Translations under genes and position numbers: made by a program
Notes under the pieces: generated by a model
Seen by the model: only the letters and a program-made list of their open reading frames with translations
Told to the model about the DNA's origin: nothing
Databases searched by the model: none
Assembly (NCBI GenBank): GCA_011109175.1
Contig: RDEW01000009.1
Coordinates: forward strand, 348,573-412,572
Length of the DNA stretch: 64,000 nucleotides
Reading direction: 5' to 3'
Source: Dicyema japonicum
Lineage: Eukaryota; Animalia; Dicyemida
Shown: positions 23,684-37,200 of the stretch, piece by piece
Layout: every line of letters begins with the position of its first letter
Position numbering within the stretch: the first letter of the stretch is position 1

Positions 23684-24799
23684 ATGATTTTCTTGTTGTT
23701 TGTGAATGGTAATCAATAATATAACAAAACAGCAATACTTAGTATAACAGAAACGCAAAGACTACATCCATTCAATACTACATTTACTGCAAAATGCAAT
23801 GGTAGCCATTGGAGTAAATCTGTTGTAATATGTAATTACAATAGGGGTACATCTTTGTAAACAGTTCCCAATTAACGATATTTCCAACTACAAAGGCTGA
23901 TTGTGGAGTTTACGACTGTGTCAACTACGACTTCAGCATACTCACGACAATCACTTTGATATGCTTCAATAGTATTTAATTATACTTTTTGCAGTGGCTA
24001 TTTCTATGAATCCACGTACTATCCATTCAGGAGAGAATGCGGGAACAACAAAATTTTACAGTAAACCCAATGTTACTGAAATTAAAATGAGTTGTGTTGC
24101 AGATAATAAATTGTATGGAGTACAGTGGATTAGGAATGATAAAGTTTTGGAAGTAAGTGACAGAGTGTACTTAAATAATGATTACACTCTTCTTACTATT
24201 TCCCAAGTCGGTTTGGTTTTGGTGTTTATTTGTAGAATTTTATGATGTTGGAGTTTATTATTGTCAAATTTACTCAAATCAAAACGTGACTGCATACAAA
24301 CACAAATTTGAATTAAAATGTGTCTGTTCTGTTATTTGTAGCCGGATTGTTTTCCTTGAGCACAGCAAAGAAGGAAACTCTGCTGCTGGGGAATATTTAT
24401 ACTTTTGTGTGTAAGATCAATTCTTATCCATCCCTACGTTTACTTGGAGTAAAGATGGAGTGGATATTCTCGTCAATTCAACATCAACAATTATATCCTC
24501 GTCATACTATAAAGGAGATACTTTACATGTCGGACCGTTAGTCAACTCTGACGTTGGGAAGTACAAGTGCTCAGCGATTAGTAATGGAAATGTAATCTCT
24601 CTTCAACAGGAGTTGTTTGTAGCAGGTTATATGCGAGGGTAGTTGAGTAGATAGAATGGACTCTTTATGGCCGTTCTTGGGTATTGCTGGATCTTCTGTA
24701 ATCATTACAATCATTGTGTTGCTAAGGTATTCAAATTATGGCAATAGGTTGGGATTTGTTAGTAATTATAGATTGTCAATGAGAGATTCGAATTATTAA
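23684..24799 (+). CDS. basigin/neuroplastin-like type I membrane protein with 3 Ig domains; one apparent frameshift
   Basis: About seven 20-25 nt GT-AG introns. Ig motifs DCGVYDC, DVGVYYC, DVGKYKC; TM LWPFLGIAGSSVIITIIVLL resembles basigin LWPFLGIVAEV. A 1-nt deficit in the CCC run at 24432-24434 breaks YPSPTFTWSKDG. Confidence 0.7.
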
Positions 24800-24949
24800 C
24801 TAAAGTTGATTTATTAAAATTGGTTATAAAATATTGTCTTTGAACGTTAAGCTTATATTTTTTCTAATTTTTTCCACTTTAATGAGTATTTAAGAAAAAA
24901 TAGTTAGGGTTTTATCCTACAACAATTGGTGCTTAGTTTATTTTACTCA

Positions 24950-25165
24950 CTCTCAACTTGATAGAAGGTATTCCTTTTCTTTGTTATTTATCTTCCCTTG
25001 TCTTAATAGTGACATCATGCATTCCAGGCGACACCTAGTTTTAGGATGGCAAAAAAATCATTTTCTCTCCCTACATGATTAGAGAAGTTACACAACTGCA
25101 AGGGCTATATGGGTTCTTCCTTTTCTAATGTTCCACGTAGCACCACATGGCGCCACGCGGCTAAA
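24950..25165. mobile_element. rearranged, diverged copy of the short retroelement module
   Basis: Body is in + orientation (...AAAAAATCATTTTCTCTCC...CACAACTGCAAG), but the head motif GTGGCGCCATGTGGTGCT is on the minus strand. Confidence 0.5.
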
Positions 25166-25199
25166 AATTAATGTCGGAAATTAGAACGATCAGATATGA

Positions 25200-28060
25200 A
25201 AATCACGTAACTATGATTTGAATCAATATTATGTCAGGGTTGGGCTTATATTTATGATTATTTTATGGGTTGAGTTATATGTAGGATAAAGTTATAGACA
25301 AATCGCTCAAGGCATCGAAAAATTGATTTGTTATATTCCGAATTAGCAAAAAAACATAAATAGACTCAGAAAGTCTTTCCTGACTTACGTCGCTGGAGAT
25401 TAGGATGCAAAAGCTGGCATACAACGAGGAACGGAGTCTTGTATATGAAAGTACAGTAAAAGTACCAGCATTTTGACACTCCTTACAGCGCAAAACTACC
25501 TGGACGAGATACAGACAAATCATTCTACTAACGTTACAATGATATTCAATCAGATAGATTATTGTCATCAAGAAAATGCCTACTACGAAACTCTATACAT
25601 ATGGAGGAGCCACTAAAAATGACCACAAGATCATCTCGGCTAGGTTTGATCTTAAAAAATCGTTTGTATAACGAAAAACCTTCTCAATAAGTTATTAATT
25701 AATTCGTGAACTGTGCTTCTTATCATAAAGGTAATCAAGGCTTTCTTGAAGACCGAACCGAACCGAAAACACTTTATTCAACAGGAATTAGGAGTTAGTT
25801 TAAGATCTTATTTACGAGTCCGCCTATGCGGCCTGGACTCTTCCGATGCACCTTATCTCCATTTTAATCTCGTCCTAGCGTCGGATCCCATCGATCCTGT
25901 TCTCCACAATATATTTGACCTGTGCAAGAATCCAGTCTTCTTCCGTACTGAGGACATCAAATAGTTATTTCCCAAAGGCCAACTTTATTGCTGACCTTCT
26001 CGATTTTTCCATAAGTAACATAATTCTGTAGAATAATTTTCATGAAGATAAACAAGAAGGTCTCCAAGCTTACGAACAACTTGCTTGTACAGAAAAGCGC
26101 TTGCAGCGCCTTCTTCCTTCTTCGTCTGATATTCTCCATGAATGAACCTTCCCCATTGATAACTATCCCGAGGTAGCGAATTTACTTTTGGAATACCAAG
26201 TGAGTAGGGCTGAGCATGATGCCTCCGTACCTTTTGGAGCACCAGTCCTGCACTTGGTCAATGAATGACTTGATTCTTCTTTCCGATAGAGTTGATTTCT
26301 CAGACGTATCCGTAATCAGAATATCATCTGCGTATATCAATAGTTTTGTGTTCGTATCCGGTGGAATTGGGAAGTCTGACAAGAACACATTGAACAGAAG
26401 TGGGCTCTAGACAGAGCCCCGTGGAACTTTTCTTTTCAATACGATATCTTTTGACATATTTGCCCCAACACGTACTCGGACAGTCTGTTAGGAAGTCCTT
26501 TATCCATATGAAAAGTTTTTTTTGGATATCAACAGCTGCTAGCCAGTATAGGAAGGCTTCATGCCACACGATATCAAAAGCCTTGGAAAGATCCAAACAT
26601 AACAGGTTAATTTGTTTCTTGAATTCCAGAACTCTCAAACCTCCAATTGCATCTGATATATTCAATTCGATCAAATTTAACCAGGTCTGAAGCCACATTG
26701 ATCTGCGAAACGGAAACCACTCACTACTATGTGCTCGTTTAGCTTCTTGAAAATAATTAGCTCAACAATCTTGGAAATAGAGCAAACGAGGCTGATCTGC
26801 CTATAGCTCAGAGGGTCTCTCCCCGACTTGCTTGGTTTCAGGATCATTCTGACTATGGGATTTTCCAGCGTTTGAAGACATAGCCATAATCTATGCTCGT
26901 GTTGAATAAATTCTTCAGTGTGAGCAGCAAATTCTCTGGGCCTTCCTTGAACAACATCATGCTATTTTGGTCATGTCCAGGGCGTTAGCTTTGCATGTTT
27001 GATGCCAATCTTGACGTCCTCTGTCGTTATCTTCATTCCAGTATTTTTGAGACCGTCCGGAGAGTAGGTTAGAAGTTCTTGTGAAGCTTCAACTTTTCCC
27101 TCGGGATCAGCTCCATCGGGTTGACCCCCAGAATGCGGTCTAGTTGCTTCTTAAAGATATCTTGGATTTTTTCCATAGAACATGATCCACCTTCTGGCTT
27201 GGTCAAAGAGTTTTCATATCATTCCTTTTCTGGCTAGTTATTCTTCTGTAGAACTTCCAGAACGAGGAGTCTTTGGTGTTTATTTTGCTTGCCTCGACCC
27301 TCAAACATTGTTCTTGAGACAGTCTTGTTCCCTCTTCAATGGTTTTTTTGATTATCTTCAGTTGACCGGTCAATACAATCCGGTCCATCCAGTCGACACA
27401 TCTTCTGAGTTTGTTTTTCAGGCGGTTTCTTTCATTAATCATAGATAATGTAGAAGGGGAGAGATTGATGCTCTTCCCATAATTGGTCCTTAAGGGTCTC
27501 CTCCTTGCGTAAAGTAGTAAGTATCTCTCCATTACAATTAAAAGGTCTATGTCTATGTTGTCAATATCACTTCGGGAATAAGCTGACTTCGTAGTGTCCG
27601 GAGCCAAATTCAGTGACATCTCTTGGGGGATGTGGTCGCTCCTGATGTCCCACATGATCATCGGTCTCTCCACATAAGTGTAGAGCAGTGGTGACACCAG
27701 GAACACCCCAAGCATGTCTCCACCATAGTGGCACGAGTAGTGATTCGGCTTCTCCGACGTCAAAATCTCGAAGCTAGTCTTATCACTCAATTTTCTTAGC
27801 CTGATTCCATCCTCGTTGGTTCCGAGACATCCATATTTAATGTTCTTGGCAATTAGATCTCCCACTAGGACAGACATATCGTTTCCTGCAAAAAATTATT
27901 TAATTTCGTGGAGCACTTTCTGAGGTCCTTTGAATGCATTCCTCAACGTGCATCCAACAGCCACAGCATCGCACCTCGACAGAAACAAATATGACACAGG
28001 ATCTTAAATAATTCTTCTTACCACCTTGTGAAAAACACTGTCAACCTTTATCGTCAATAA
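25200..28060 (-). mobile_element. decayed LINE (PHD-APE-RT)
   Basis: VLVGDLIAK..., WDIRSDHIP, CLDLSKAFDIVWHE, LLIYADDILI; PHD-like CCGCWMH near 27960. Confidence 0.8.
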
Positions 28061-28988
28061 AATATGTCACAAAGTCGATGAATATATGTCACCTAACAAA
28101 CATAGATTCCGCACTGAAAAGTCTATTGCACATGCGGTTCGGACGCACTGATGGTTCTTGGCCTTGTGTCAGAAATACAAAACGTGGAGTCATCTTAAAT
28201 ATAGACGTTTCAAGAATCTTTGATACATTAAAAAAGTTTAATTTTTTGACCGAAACGAATAGAGTTCATTCCGAAGATTCTTTCTTTAATTAAAAAAATA
28301 ATGAATGTACTTCTTTATGTATATCAATGTTGGAAAAACTGAAAACTTGCATACAAAGATATGAGGCACAGAGACACACTGAAAAAGCTTAGAACAACCC
28401 TTCCAGTTGTTCTTAATGTTATGAAGTAAAACAGTGTTCTGCTATGTTCTCCTGTTTAGAACAAAGTTTGTTATCAGGTCGAAACTGTCTTCTGGATTGA
28501 ATTTTTTTATTAGAATTTTAATTTTATCATTTATTGTTTTGGAAATTCTTCCCAATTTAGTCTTTTTTGACTTTATATGGTTAAAAACCAAAGAATATCC
28601 ATTATTTTTTCCTTTCTATATCTTTGTAATAGACATAAAATTTTTGTTATAATTGAATCAATTTCATTGAGAGACTCAATTTTTTCTGATTTTGTCTTTC
28701 CTCTAAAAAAATATCCTAACCATTTTATCACTCGATTGAAGTACACTAAACACAATATATAAAAGACGAAATATTAGTAAGATTACTGGATAATCAAACC
28801 TCTGTTAATCAATTCAATTTTCACACAATTAACATATTGAGCCGGGATTTTCCGCGCTGCTTTTTTCGGAACTGCTATATTTTCTTTTTTAATATAATAT
28901 TTTAAATCAATTAAAGTCCCTTATCTAAGAGGCCAGGATTAGGTGAGCGCTTCTTCTGATAACTGCTATTTCGAGCCTCTATCTAAAC

Positions 28989-29250
28989 CAGTGGTTCTCA
29001 ACCTTTTTTGGTCGCGGACCCCCAACATACTTTTGCAAGTTTTTTGTCAATAAATTATTACTTTCTAAAAACCACAATTTGTTATTAAAAAAGGAAATAA
29101 AATTAATGAGTAGGTTGATGTTGTTTTTTTGAGGCAATATTTTTCAATTTGAGGCTCGGTTGTCGACAAACATACTCTGATAAATAAAGGTTGAGAAGTA
29201 TCTCACGGACCGCCTGGAATCTTTTGCGGACCCCAGGTAGAGAACCACTG
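28989..29250. mobile_element. hAT (Charlie/Buster) MITE, 262 bp
   Basis: TIR CAGTGGTTCTCAACC / GGTAGAGAACCACTG; perfect 8-bp TSD ATCTAAAC at 28981-28988 and 29251-29258. Confidence 0.95.
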
Positions 29251-29269
29251 ATCTAAACCAAAATCAAAG

Positions 29270-29720
29270 ATCGCTATTCAAATCGAATCTCTCATCCGAT
29301 ATTAGAGAGAAAAGCATTCGTCATCTCTCCCATGATTCCGGAAGTCTCCATCGCATTAGGCACAAATAATATTTTTCCCGGAGAGATTCGTACTTTTGGA
29401 TTTCCCGTGCTCCGCATTGTTTGCCGCGTCTCCAGTTAAGTTTGTATCAGTCAGCGACTTGGCCCCTGATGAGATTTCCAGGTTTGTGGTTCTCCAAACG
29501 AAAGGTGTCCAGGCTTACACTGGGAGTATGGAAATAATGAACCCTATCTGGAATCTGTCCAAACTTAAGGGTTTCCAATAGCCAGAAACCCGTGGCTTTG
29601 AGGGCTCGTAGAACAGCGTCGTTGATAGCTACGTGGCCTTTCGTGTCGACTTTCCCTCCACAACAACAGAAGTGCCGCTGAAAAAACATCTAATCCGAGT
29701 CCCGCGGTGCCACTCTGATC
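29270..29720 (-). mobile_element. CRE RLE fragment
   Basis: CCCGGKVDTKGHVAINDAVLRAL; a similar 3' piece lies at 54960-55110. Confidence 0.7.
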
Positions 29721-29989
29721 CTCAGGAAATTCTCGTCAAAGAGTGTTTTGAGAGACTAGCATGCTAGGGACTCAACCCAGACCCCATTTATACGTTGCCG
29801 GGAGAAATGATAAGTCGGTGTTAATTGGTTCCTGTCGTCGAACCCTCAAAGCGTCCTTGTACTTACAAAAGAGTCCCAACTTCCCTGGCTAGCAATGTAG
29901 TCTGGGAATTCCATGTCTGTTCACGTTAGAAAAAGAAATCAACTGGAGAAGCAACTGGGTTTCACAGACGTCATAGGTTATGGCTTCTG

Positions 29990-30350
29990 ATAGTAGCCAG
30001 ATGTTGCAGTCTTTTTGATGAAAAAATGAAGACTTTCTGCTTATAGTTACAGTTGTCTCCACAATAATTGTGCGAAACGTGAATCGGTCCATAAGTCCGT
30101 CGCATTATTCGTTTTAGACTTCTCCGATTTTTCTGTCACTGATAATGCTTTACTGCGCATCGATAATGCTGGTTGGAGAAAGCGAGTTGAACACATGCGA
30201 CGTGCATAAATTCTACTCCTCAAACCGAAAAATTGGAAAAATCGTAATTCCATCTGACCGTTTTCCATCTCCTCCGTTCGAATACGAAGGAGTAGACAGT
30301 ATACCCAGTGCACGTTTTAAGACAACTTTCACTAAATTATGGCTCGGGAA
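29990..30350 (-). mobile_element. CRE RLE fragment
   Basis: HNLVKVVLKRALG...GDGKRSDGITIF. Confidence 0.65.
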
Positions 30351-30359
30351 TCTCTCTTA

Positions 30360-31000
30360 CCTTCTTTAAGGAAAAAAACATCAAGTTCGTGGCATTTATT
30401 ATATGAAGACAAATATAAAGATTCGTTGCTGTTTTCATGTCTATGTTTGGAGGAATTGTTCCATCTATAAGCAATCTCTTAAGACGTTCCCTGACACAAC
30501 TGAATAGTTGTTGCATCCATTTTTCAAAAAAATCATCAGACTCACAAATAGCTCCGAGACAACAAGCATAACGATATTTGCTGTTGAGGTCCAATAATCT
30601 CAATGGCTGAAGCATCTGGATGACCATGAACAAACAACTCAACATTTTCATGAAATTCTTTTATCATGGATGCGTCCGTCCGTAGAAATGACTTTTGGAG
30701 TTTACTAAACTCAATATAAACAAATCAATACTTCTTGAGATAAAAACACCTTACAACAACCTATATTGAATTTATTTGACAGCTTTGGAACATCACTCCT
30801 CTAAGGAAAATATCCAAACCAAATATCGACAAACGTCACTTTTAAGACTGAAAGGTTTCCTTCAAGAGTTGTTCATACGTGTCGGAATTTGATATAGAAG
30901 ATTTCAATAAGATTACTGCTTCTTCAAGAATCCATTATCATTATTCTTTCATTTAATTGTTCATACTTTAATTTAATTGTGTGATGAAAATTTATGCAAA
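30360..31000 (-). pseudogene. unassigned spliced coding fragment, divergent from TRRAP
   Basis: Tiny GT-AG introns join frames such as SDVCRYLRSDVPKLSNKFNIGCCKVFLSQEFSKLQK. Frameshifts are needed, and a CRE relic follows a GTAAG donor at ~30360. Confidence 0.35.
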
Positions 31001-31278
31001 GCAGAACATTCAAATACTAATTAATATATTGGAAGAGGATTTATAGCCATATTGAATAAAACAATGGGTAATGTCGAAACAGCAGAAAAGTATCATTTTC
31101 AAAGAAATAAGAAATATTGGTCTGAAGTAAAATATTATGAAACATTTAAATATAATTAACTAAAATGTTAAATTTTAATTAAAAAATATTAATAAAACAC
31201 TGAAATTGAAAATTACATAATATCTTTTCGTTGTGAATGGCCAATCCAGAAGCTATCTATGATAGTTTTATAAATGTC

Positions 31279-34200
31279 ATGAATGACGAATCAGCCGACG
31301 GTATTTTTATAGTGTTACTTTTCAGTTGAGACGAGACGACTTAAAGCTGCAGAAAACTTTGTAGACACAATGGAGGCGAATTTATTATAATAATTTATTA
31401 GAGAGGAGTGAAACCAACTCCCGAAACATACAAGAACCTAATAATAACACTTTGGAAAAATTTTAGACTCCTTCCCCCTGACTTTTTATCCACAACTCCT
31501 TCAAACGTTTCTTTGCTCTGGAATTTTTAGAAATTCCGTCTCAAATTATGGGAGATTCTAAGATATATCCCAACAGCCGATCTTCCAAAGTCAAAGCGAT
31601 ATCTCACACTCTTGAAATTCATCGAAGTCCCCATACTCTAAATTTTAGGTTGAAAACGATAGGAATGCCAGTGAGTGCCTCAAATTTCTGACAAAATACA
31701 CCAGAACCTATATAAATCAAATGATTTCTGACAACAGTACAACTGAGGTGGTCTTTAATCTTTATTTTTAGGTGGACTTATTTTTCAACTTTTTTCTCAC
31801 CATCCTAAAGAACATTACTAATAACAGCGAGAAGATAATGTTCCATCCGAAAAAGTTTTTCAAAAACGAGGACGATAATGACTTTAAAGTCTCCGAAGAT
31901 ATCTTCTTTGTGACTCAACTATTCAGACGTACTCATTCAGGTAATGAGGTGGTAGAAGTATGGATTGATTGTTGACTTTAGTGCGATATATTCCCAAAAT
32001 CCTCACACTCTCTTCAATTCTGCTCAGAATTTATTCCATACATAACAATTCTTTTTGGAAAGTTCCATAACTTTATGTCCTCGAAAATTAAGCCCATTCT
32101 GAATCTAATCACTTCCCTCTTAAAAATTTTTCCCGATGCTGAAATGTTCACTACGTTTCTTTATCTATAGGAGGGGGAATAACTTTAATATGGATGCTTC
32201 TGTGGAGTTGATGGCCTTACAAATCCGCTGTCTTCAACTGCTGAACGTCCTCGCAAGGAATAACTCTGTTTTTATTGGTCATCATTTGCAGGAGTTCATT
32301 TTGGATAACTGTGAAGTCATCTTGTCCGCGTTTGTGAATATTCTAACTTATCTTCCGCCAGCCGTATCTCTCGTAAAGTTGGAAACTTTGAATACGATTC
32401 GATACTATGTTAACACGGATATGAAACGAGTCTTTGTTAACGTAATGGATAAACTCTTTGATGACAACATATTCTCCAACGGATATACTTGTGTCAAAAG
32501 TCTCAGGTTTTGGGTTTTCTCACTTCAGGCCAATTGCCTGCACTCTGTATTGTGATATTATACTAGCGTCCGATCACGTAATTTCCCTTCCTCAGGCTCA
32601 CCGATTTATCACCTTCTGTGGGAGATGCATAATGGAAGATGGTCCGTTCAGTTCACAAAAATACAGAATAAAGGCTTTAGCTACCCTATGTTCGAGAATT
32701 GACACAAGAAAACCGGCTGAAGCTGTAATTTATGTTTTTTCACTTTAGAAACGGACGATCTTTGATAAGGTCTTGCGTATTTTTTTCAGAAAATTGAAAA
32801 TTATACGATCCTCTGATTTCATACAATTATTTGAAAGGTTTTATCATTTATCAATTTTAGGAAGGATAAAAGACGAACACCAGCTTCTGAAAACAAGGAT
32901 GATGATTTGACTAATGCCTTCGATTCTATGGTCCATGATGTTGATAAGGTATTTGATAATTCTAAAGCAGGTGAAAATCACATCAAGACAAAAACTAATG
33001 ATTCAAATGAACGAGGCCAAGTTACTGATTAAAATAATATCTTACTGCATCTTCAATGTAATGACTAGATGTTACCACGAAATGAATTTCAACGAATGTG
33101 GTTATCTCATTTACTTTACTTTTAGATCTTTGCAGCAAAAATGCAAGTATTAGTTTTGAACTAATTTAGTGCCTGCCTGTAATTTTGTTCACTTATTTCC
33201 CGGTGAATGCAAGATGTTTTCTAAGGTCATTATCAATTTGGCTTATTGCCTACACTTTTATACTGGGAATTCTGATGTTTCCATCATGGAATTTTCGAAG
33301 AGGTTGTTTTATAGTGAACTCTCCTAGAAAGTGCAGTTCTCCTGGTTTTCGGGATGAAATTGAATTGATTGATAATATTTCTAATGGGGTATATTTTTCC
33401 TAATTTTAGCTTACAATACTTCATCCATTTTGTTTGAAAGAAATTGTCGCTTTGATTGGTGATGTTGACTATCATTTATTATCTGTAGAAATTGATGGAG
33501 TTGATGATGGTTTATCCATCTGTTGTCTTTTTGTACAGATGCTTACACTTACAAACATCACTTTGTTATGAATTTGCAATCACCCTGTTCGAATTTGTTA
33601 GTTCAAAACTTGACTCCCCTACTGGTATTCATCTTACTAATTCATTGATCCTCATTTATTCAACCAGTGCGTTAAATGTTTCACGAATTCAACGCTGAGC
33701 ATTCTTCTATCTCAAAACATGTCAGATTTTCCCAATACAACTACAGAGGTTTTCTTATAATTTATTGTAGAAATTCTCAATTTGCGTGCAAACTGTCCGG
33801 ACTGTACTAGTGGTTTAATTTACTTTTAATTCAGAAATACTTTCCCCAATTGACCTCAAAATGCATAAATTTCATACCTCACACTCGGTCCATTCCAGCC
33901 GTATTGGGTTTGCTAAAGACATTGTTCAAAGCCGTTATGACTATCACCAATGATATAAATACGCCTGCAGAACAAGTTAATATTATAACGAATCATCAGT
34001 TTGAAATTATAAATGGTATTAATGAATGTCTATTCAGATTTGTTTGCCATTTATTCTGCTAATCATGCCACACATATTAAGGAACATGTGATCGAGTTGT
34101 TTTTTCTTTATCCTGTCAAATATAAAGATTTCGTGCTATATTTAAATATTTTCAGATCTCCAATATCTGATGCTCTTAATAGCAAAAGTCTTTATTTACA

Positions 34201-37200
34201 AAATCAAGTACCTTTAATGTATTATCAAGTGTATGCGCTTTATTGAGTCTGTTTTGGATTCCTGTACTCTTGATTCTATAGAGTTCTCAAAATTTATATC
34301 ATCTGAAGGAATTAACTTACTTTATAACGTATGCCGGTGTACCAACATTGGAAGCTCAATCCTTTCAGCCAGAATACTAGGAAAAATTGGCAGACTTGCT
34401 AGGAATCAACTTTTATCGAAATCTTTGGTATAAATATGTAAATTACATTGATTATGACCAACGTTGAAGAAAAAATACGAAAATCACCAACAATATACTT
34501 GGAATGGACAAATAACTCGATGAAAACTCAACTTCCAGTTTTAGAGGTATAAACTGTTGTGATTTGCAGCTGTTGGAAGAGTCTTTTAAAAAATTATACT
34601 TCGATGACCAAGGTGACCGGGTTTCTAATGCATTTGTTATTGCTTCTACTTATTTACTTTCCACTGTAAATACTATCGAATCAAGGGATTTTTTAATGAA
34701 ACTACTGGATGCTAATTGGTTAAAAAATCATCCAAATCCTCACAAATATGAGGACGTTCATCCGCTTACAGAGAGTTGTTATAGAGAAGCATTCAAATTT
34801 GCCTTTTTAGGAGTTTTTGGTTTGATTGTGTTATTCATAATAGTTAATTACAACAGAGACGAGTTCAGAAATACTGTCCAGCGTATAATACGCATGGTTG
34901 TGCGACATATTTCAATTATTGCTGTAGTTAGAGAACTAGGTTTGTGTTTTTTTTAAATTCTTAGGGGAGACTGAAATGATTGAAAGATCTGGAGAGGATC
35001 AAACTCCCGAGCTTGATATTTTTGTTCTTATGGATTCTCTTCTAGATGCCCTTACATTAGATCACTCCCTTTATCTATCTGTCCATTCCTGTCTTATTAT
35101 TATGTTTGATGTTGCCGGATGCGTTTGTAAGTCGAGAGATAGGGTAATATTTTCATCACATTTTAGGCCTTAGATCTAACGTTCTTCTTGTATTTTTTTG
35201 AAAAATCTTACAACATGTGTTTTGAAGATGTTCTAGCAAGAAAATTTGGAGGGTTTTGTTAACATAATTAATTTAGATGTCGAGGAATTAGACTTATTAT
35301 CAACTTTATACCGTCTCTTACTGTCAGCTACTCATTGGAATGTATTAGAGCAATTCTACACGTATTGGGTAACCTTAGTGAAGTGGTACTACAAAATTTG
35401 TTGATTATTTTAAGGCTTCTGTAACTGATACTTTTGGTCAAAAAATAATTCAAAATGTTATCCAGAATGTTCAATCAGCTGCTTTGTCTGACGAAAAACA
35501 TCTAAGTAACTTTATAAATGTGTTAAAAACACTCATAAATGAATCATTCTCAATTTATCCTTCCTCAAGAAAATTGGTATAATTGTAATGGTGAGTGGCA
35601 GAGTCAAGCCATTTTAATGGATGCATACCAAAAATGGCCGGAGATTTTTAACGAAGCAGTCTTGCAAAGCAGGGAATTGATCGCTAACTATTTCCACTCA
35701 TTTAGAACTTTGATGGATAAAGAACTTTTTATACCCGAGTAGGGATTATTGTAATTTAAATATTTTCATTTTCAGGAAGGGATGATATTTTTCATTCCCA
35801 GAATATATAATATTTGCTATTTTGATTTTAGTGATTCCCATAATTGCGAAACCATAAAAACTATTATCGAAAGAGCTAGTAATCCAGAAGAGAAGTTAGC
35901 AGTATTCTATTCGTTCAGAGACCACAACGAATACTTTGAGTGTCTCAAATCACTTTTGAGTAATTCATTTCATTTATTTTCAGGATTCTTAGCATCCCTG
36001 ATAAATGCGGATTTCTGTAAAACTGAGATTTTCTCTCTTTTTTACAAGCATTTGCATTCATCTGATATACCTATTCGTGATTGTGCTTACCAATGCTTGT
36101 CTAAAGTAATTTTTAATTTTGTTTTTTAGTTTTTGGAGAATTATACCATTAATGAAGAAACTGTTGAAAAAATTATCACCGAAGAATTTTCAAAAGTTCA
36201 CAACTTTCTATCAACCGATGTGTGTAACTTTGAATTGTTTACTAATATAATGACTCTATTTCCATCCTACATATCTGAAAGCATTTCTAACCAGTTTATG
36301 GTATTTGTAGTTTTATATTTGTAGTTATCCTTTGAGATGGCGATTAAATTTATAATTGATAAACAAAGTAATGTCGTCCATCCCATTGGAACTGAAGTAA
36401 GTCTAAGGCTAACATTAGATTTTTGTTCGATGCGAGGAATACCTTCGAATGATTAGCAAAGCTCCTCATCTTACTTCAAACACAATTGAAGTATTGCTTA
36501 AGGGAGTTCTCAAACTGGAATATACATTTTATATTGAAGTGAGTCAGTTTATTATAACTTTAGGTTTCCAATACTCTAAGGGGTCCATTGAGGCAGATTC
36601 TATGTAGGTTTCCCAATGAATTGGCCATTCATATTCTCTCAGAACCTTCTCTTCGCAGTCATCAGCATTTATATTATCTACTTGTAAAATTTATTTTTGA
36701 ACTTAAGAAAACATTGAAACATCGAGATTGCGATATTATCCTAGCTACTATTTCGAGTTGTGGACGGCGAATAAATGACCTTCTCTGTTCTCAATTTTCA
36801 TCAATTACTACTCATATTGCCGAAAATAATCAACAAGCCGAAGATCGGAGTTGGTTATGTATTCATTTTGTCCTAAAAATTATTCGCATAATACTCAAAA
36901 ATAATAAAACCTGGCTTAATGACAACTACTTTTTGGTCTTTTTGAGACTTATTTTTAGCTTGAAACAATTTCTAAACTTTTGACATGGCCAGTTTTCCTC
37001 AATCGAAGCAAAAATTTTGTAATTTTTTTGTATAATTTAAAGGGGCATACTTTATCTCTCTATTGGAAGGATTTGTACGTCGTCATTAAAATACTTTTGA
37101 TATGCTTTCAGTATTTTTGGTTTAATTTTCCAGAGAACGGAGGCATGACTACAAACTTTTATTTGACATGCTCGTGTGTTTTGATCCTAATTTTCTAAGA

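Noticed and set aside
28330-28980. Possible Penelope-like or host coding region
   Set aside because: Only a short VPYLRG motif and AT-rich frames with stops; not enough to call.
29464-29505. CTGATGAG...CGAAA hammerhead-like core
   Set aside because: Stem II does not pair, no stem I/III or NUH site is evident, and it is the antisense of CRE RLE coding sequence.
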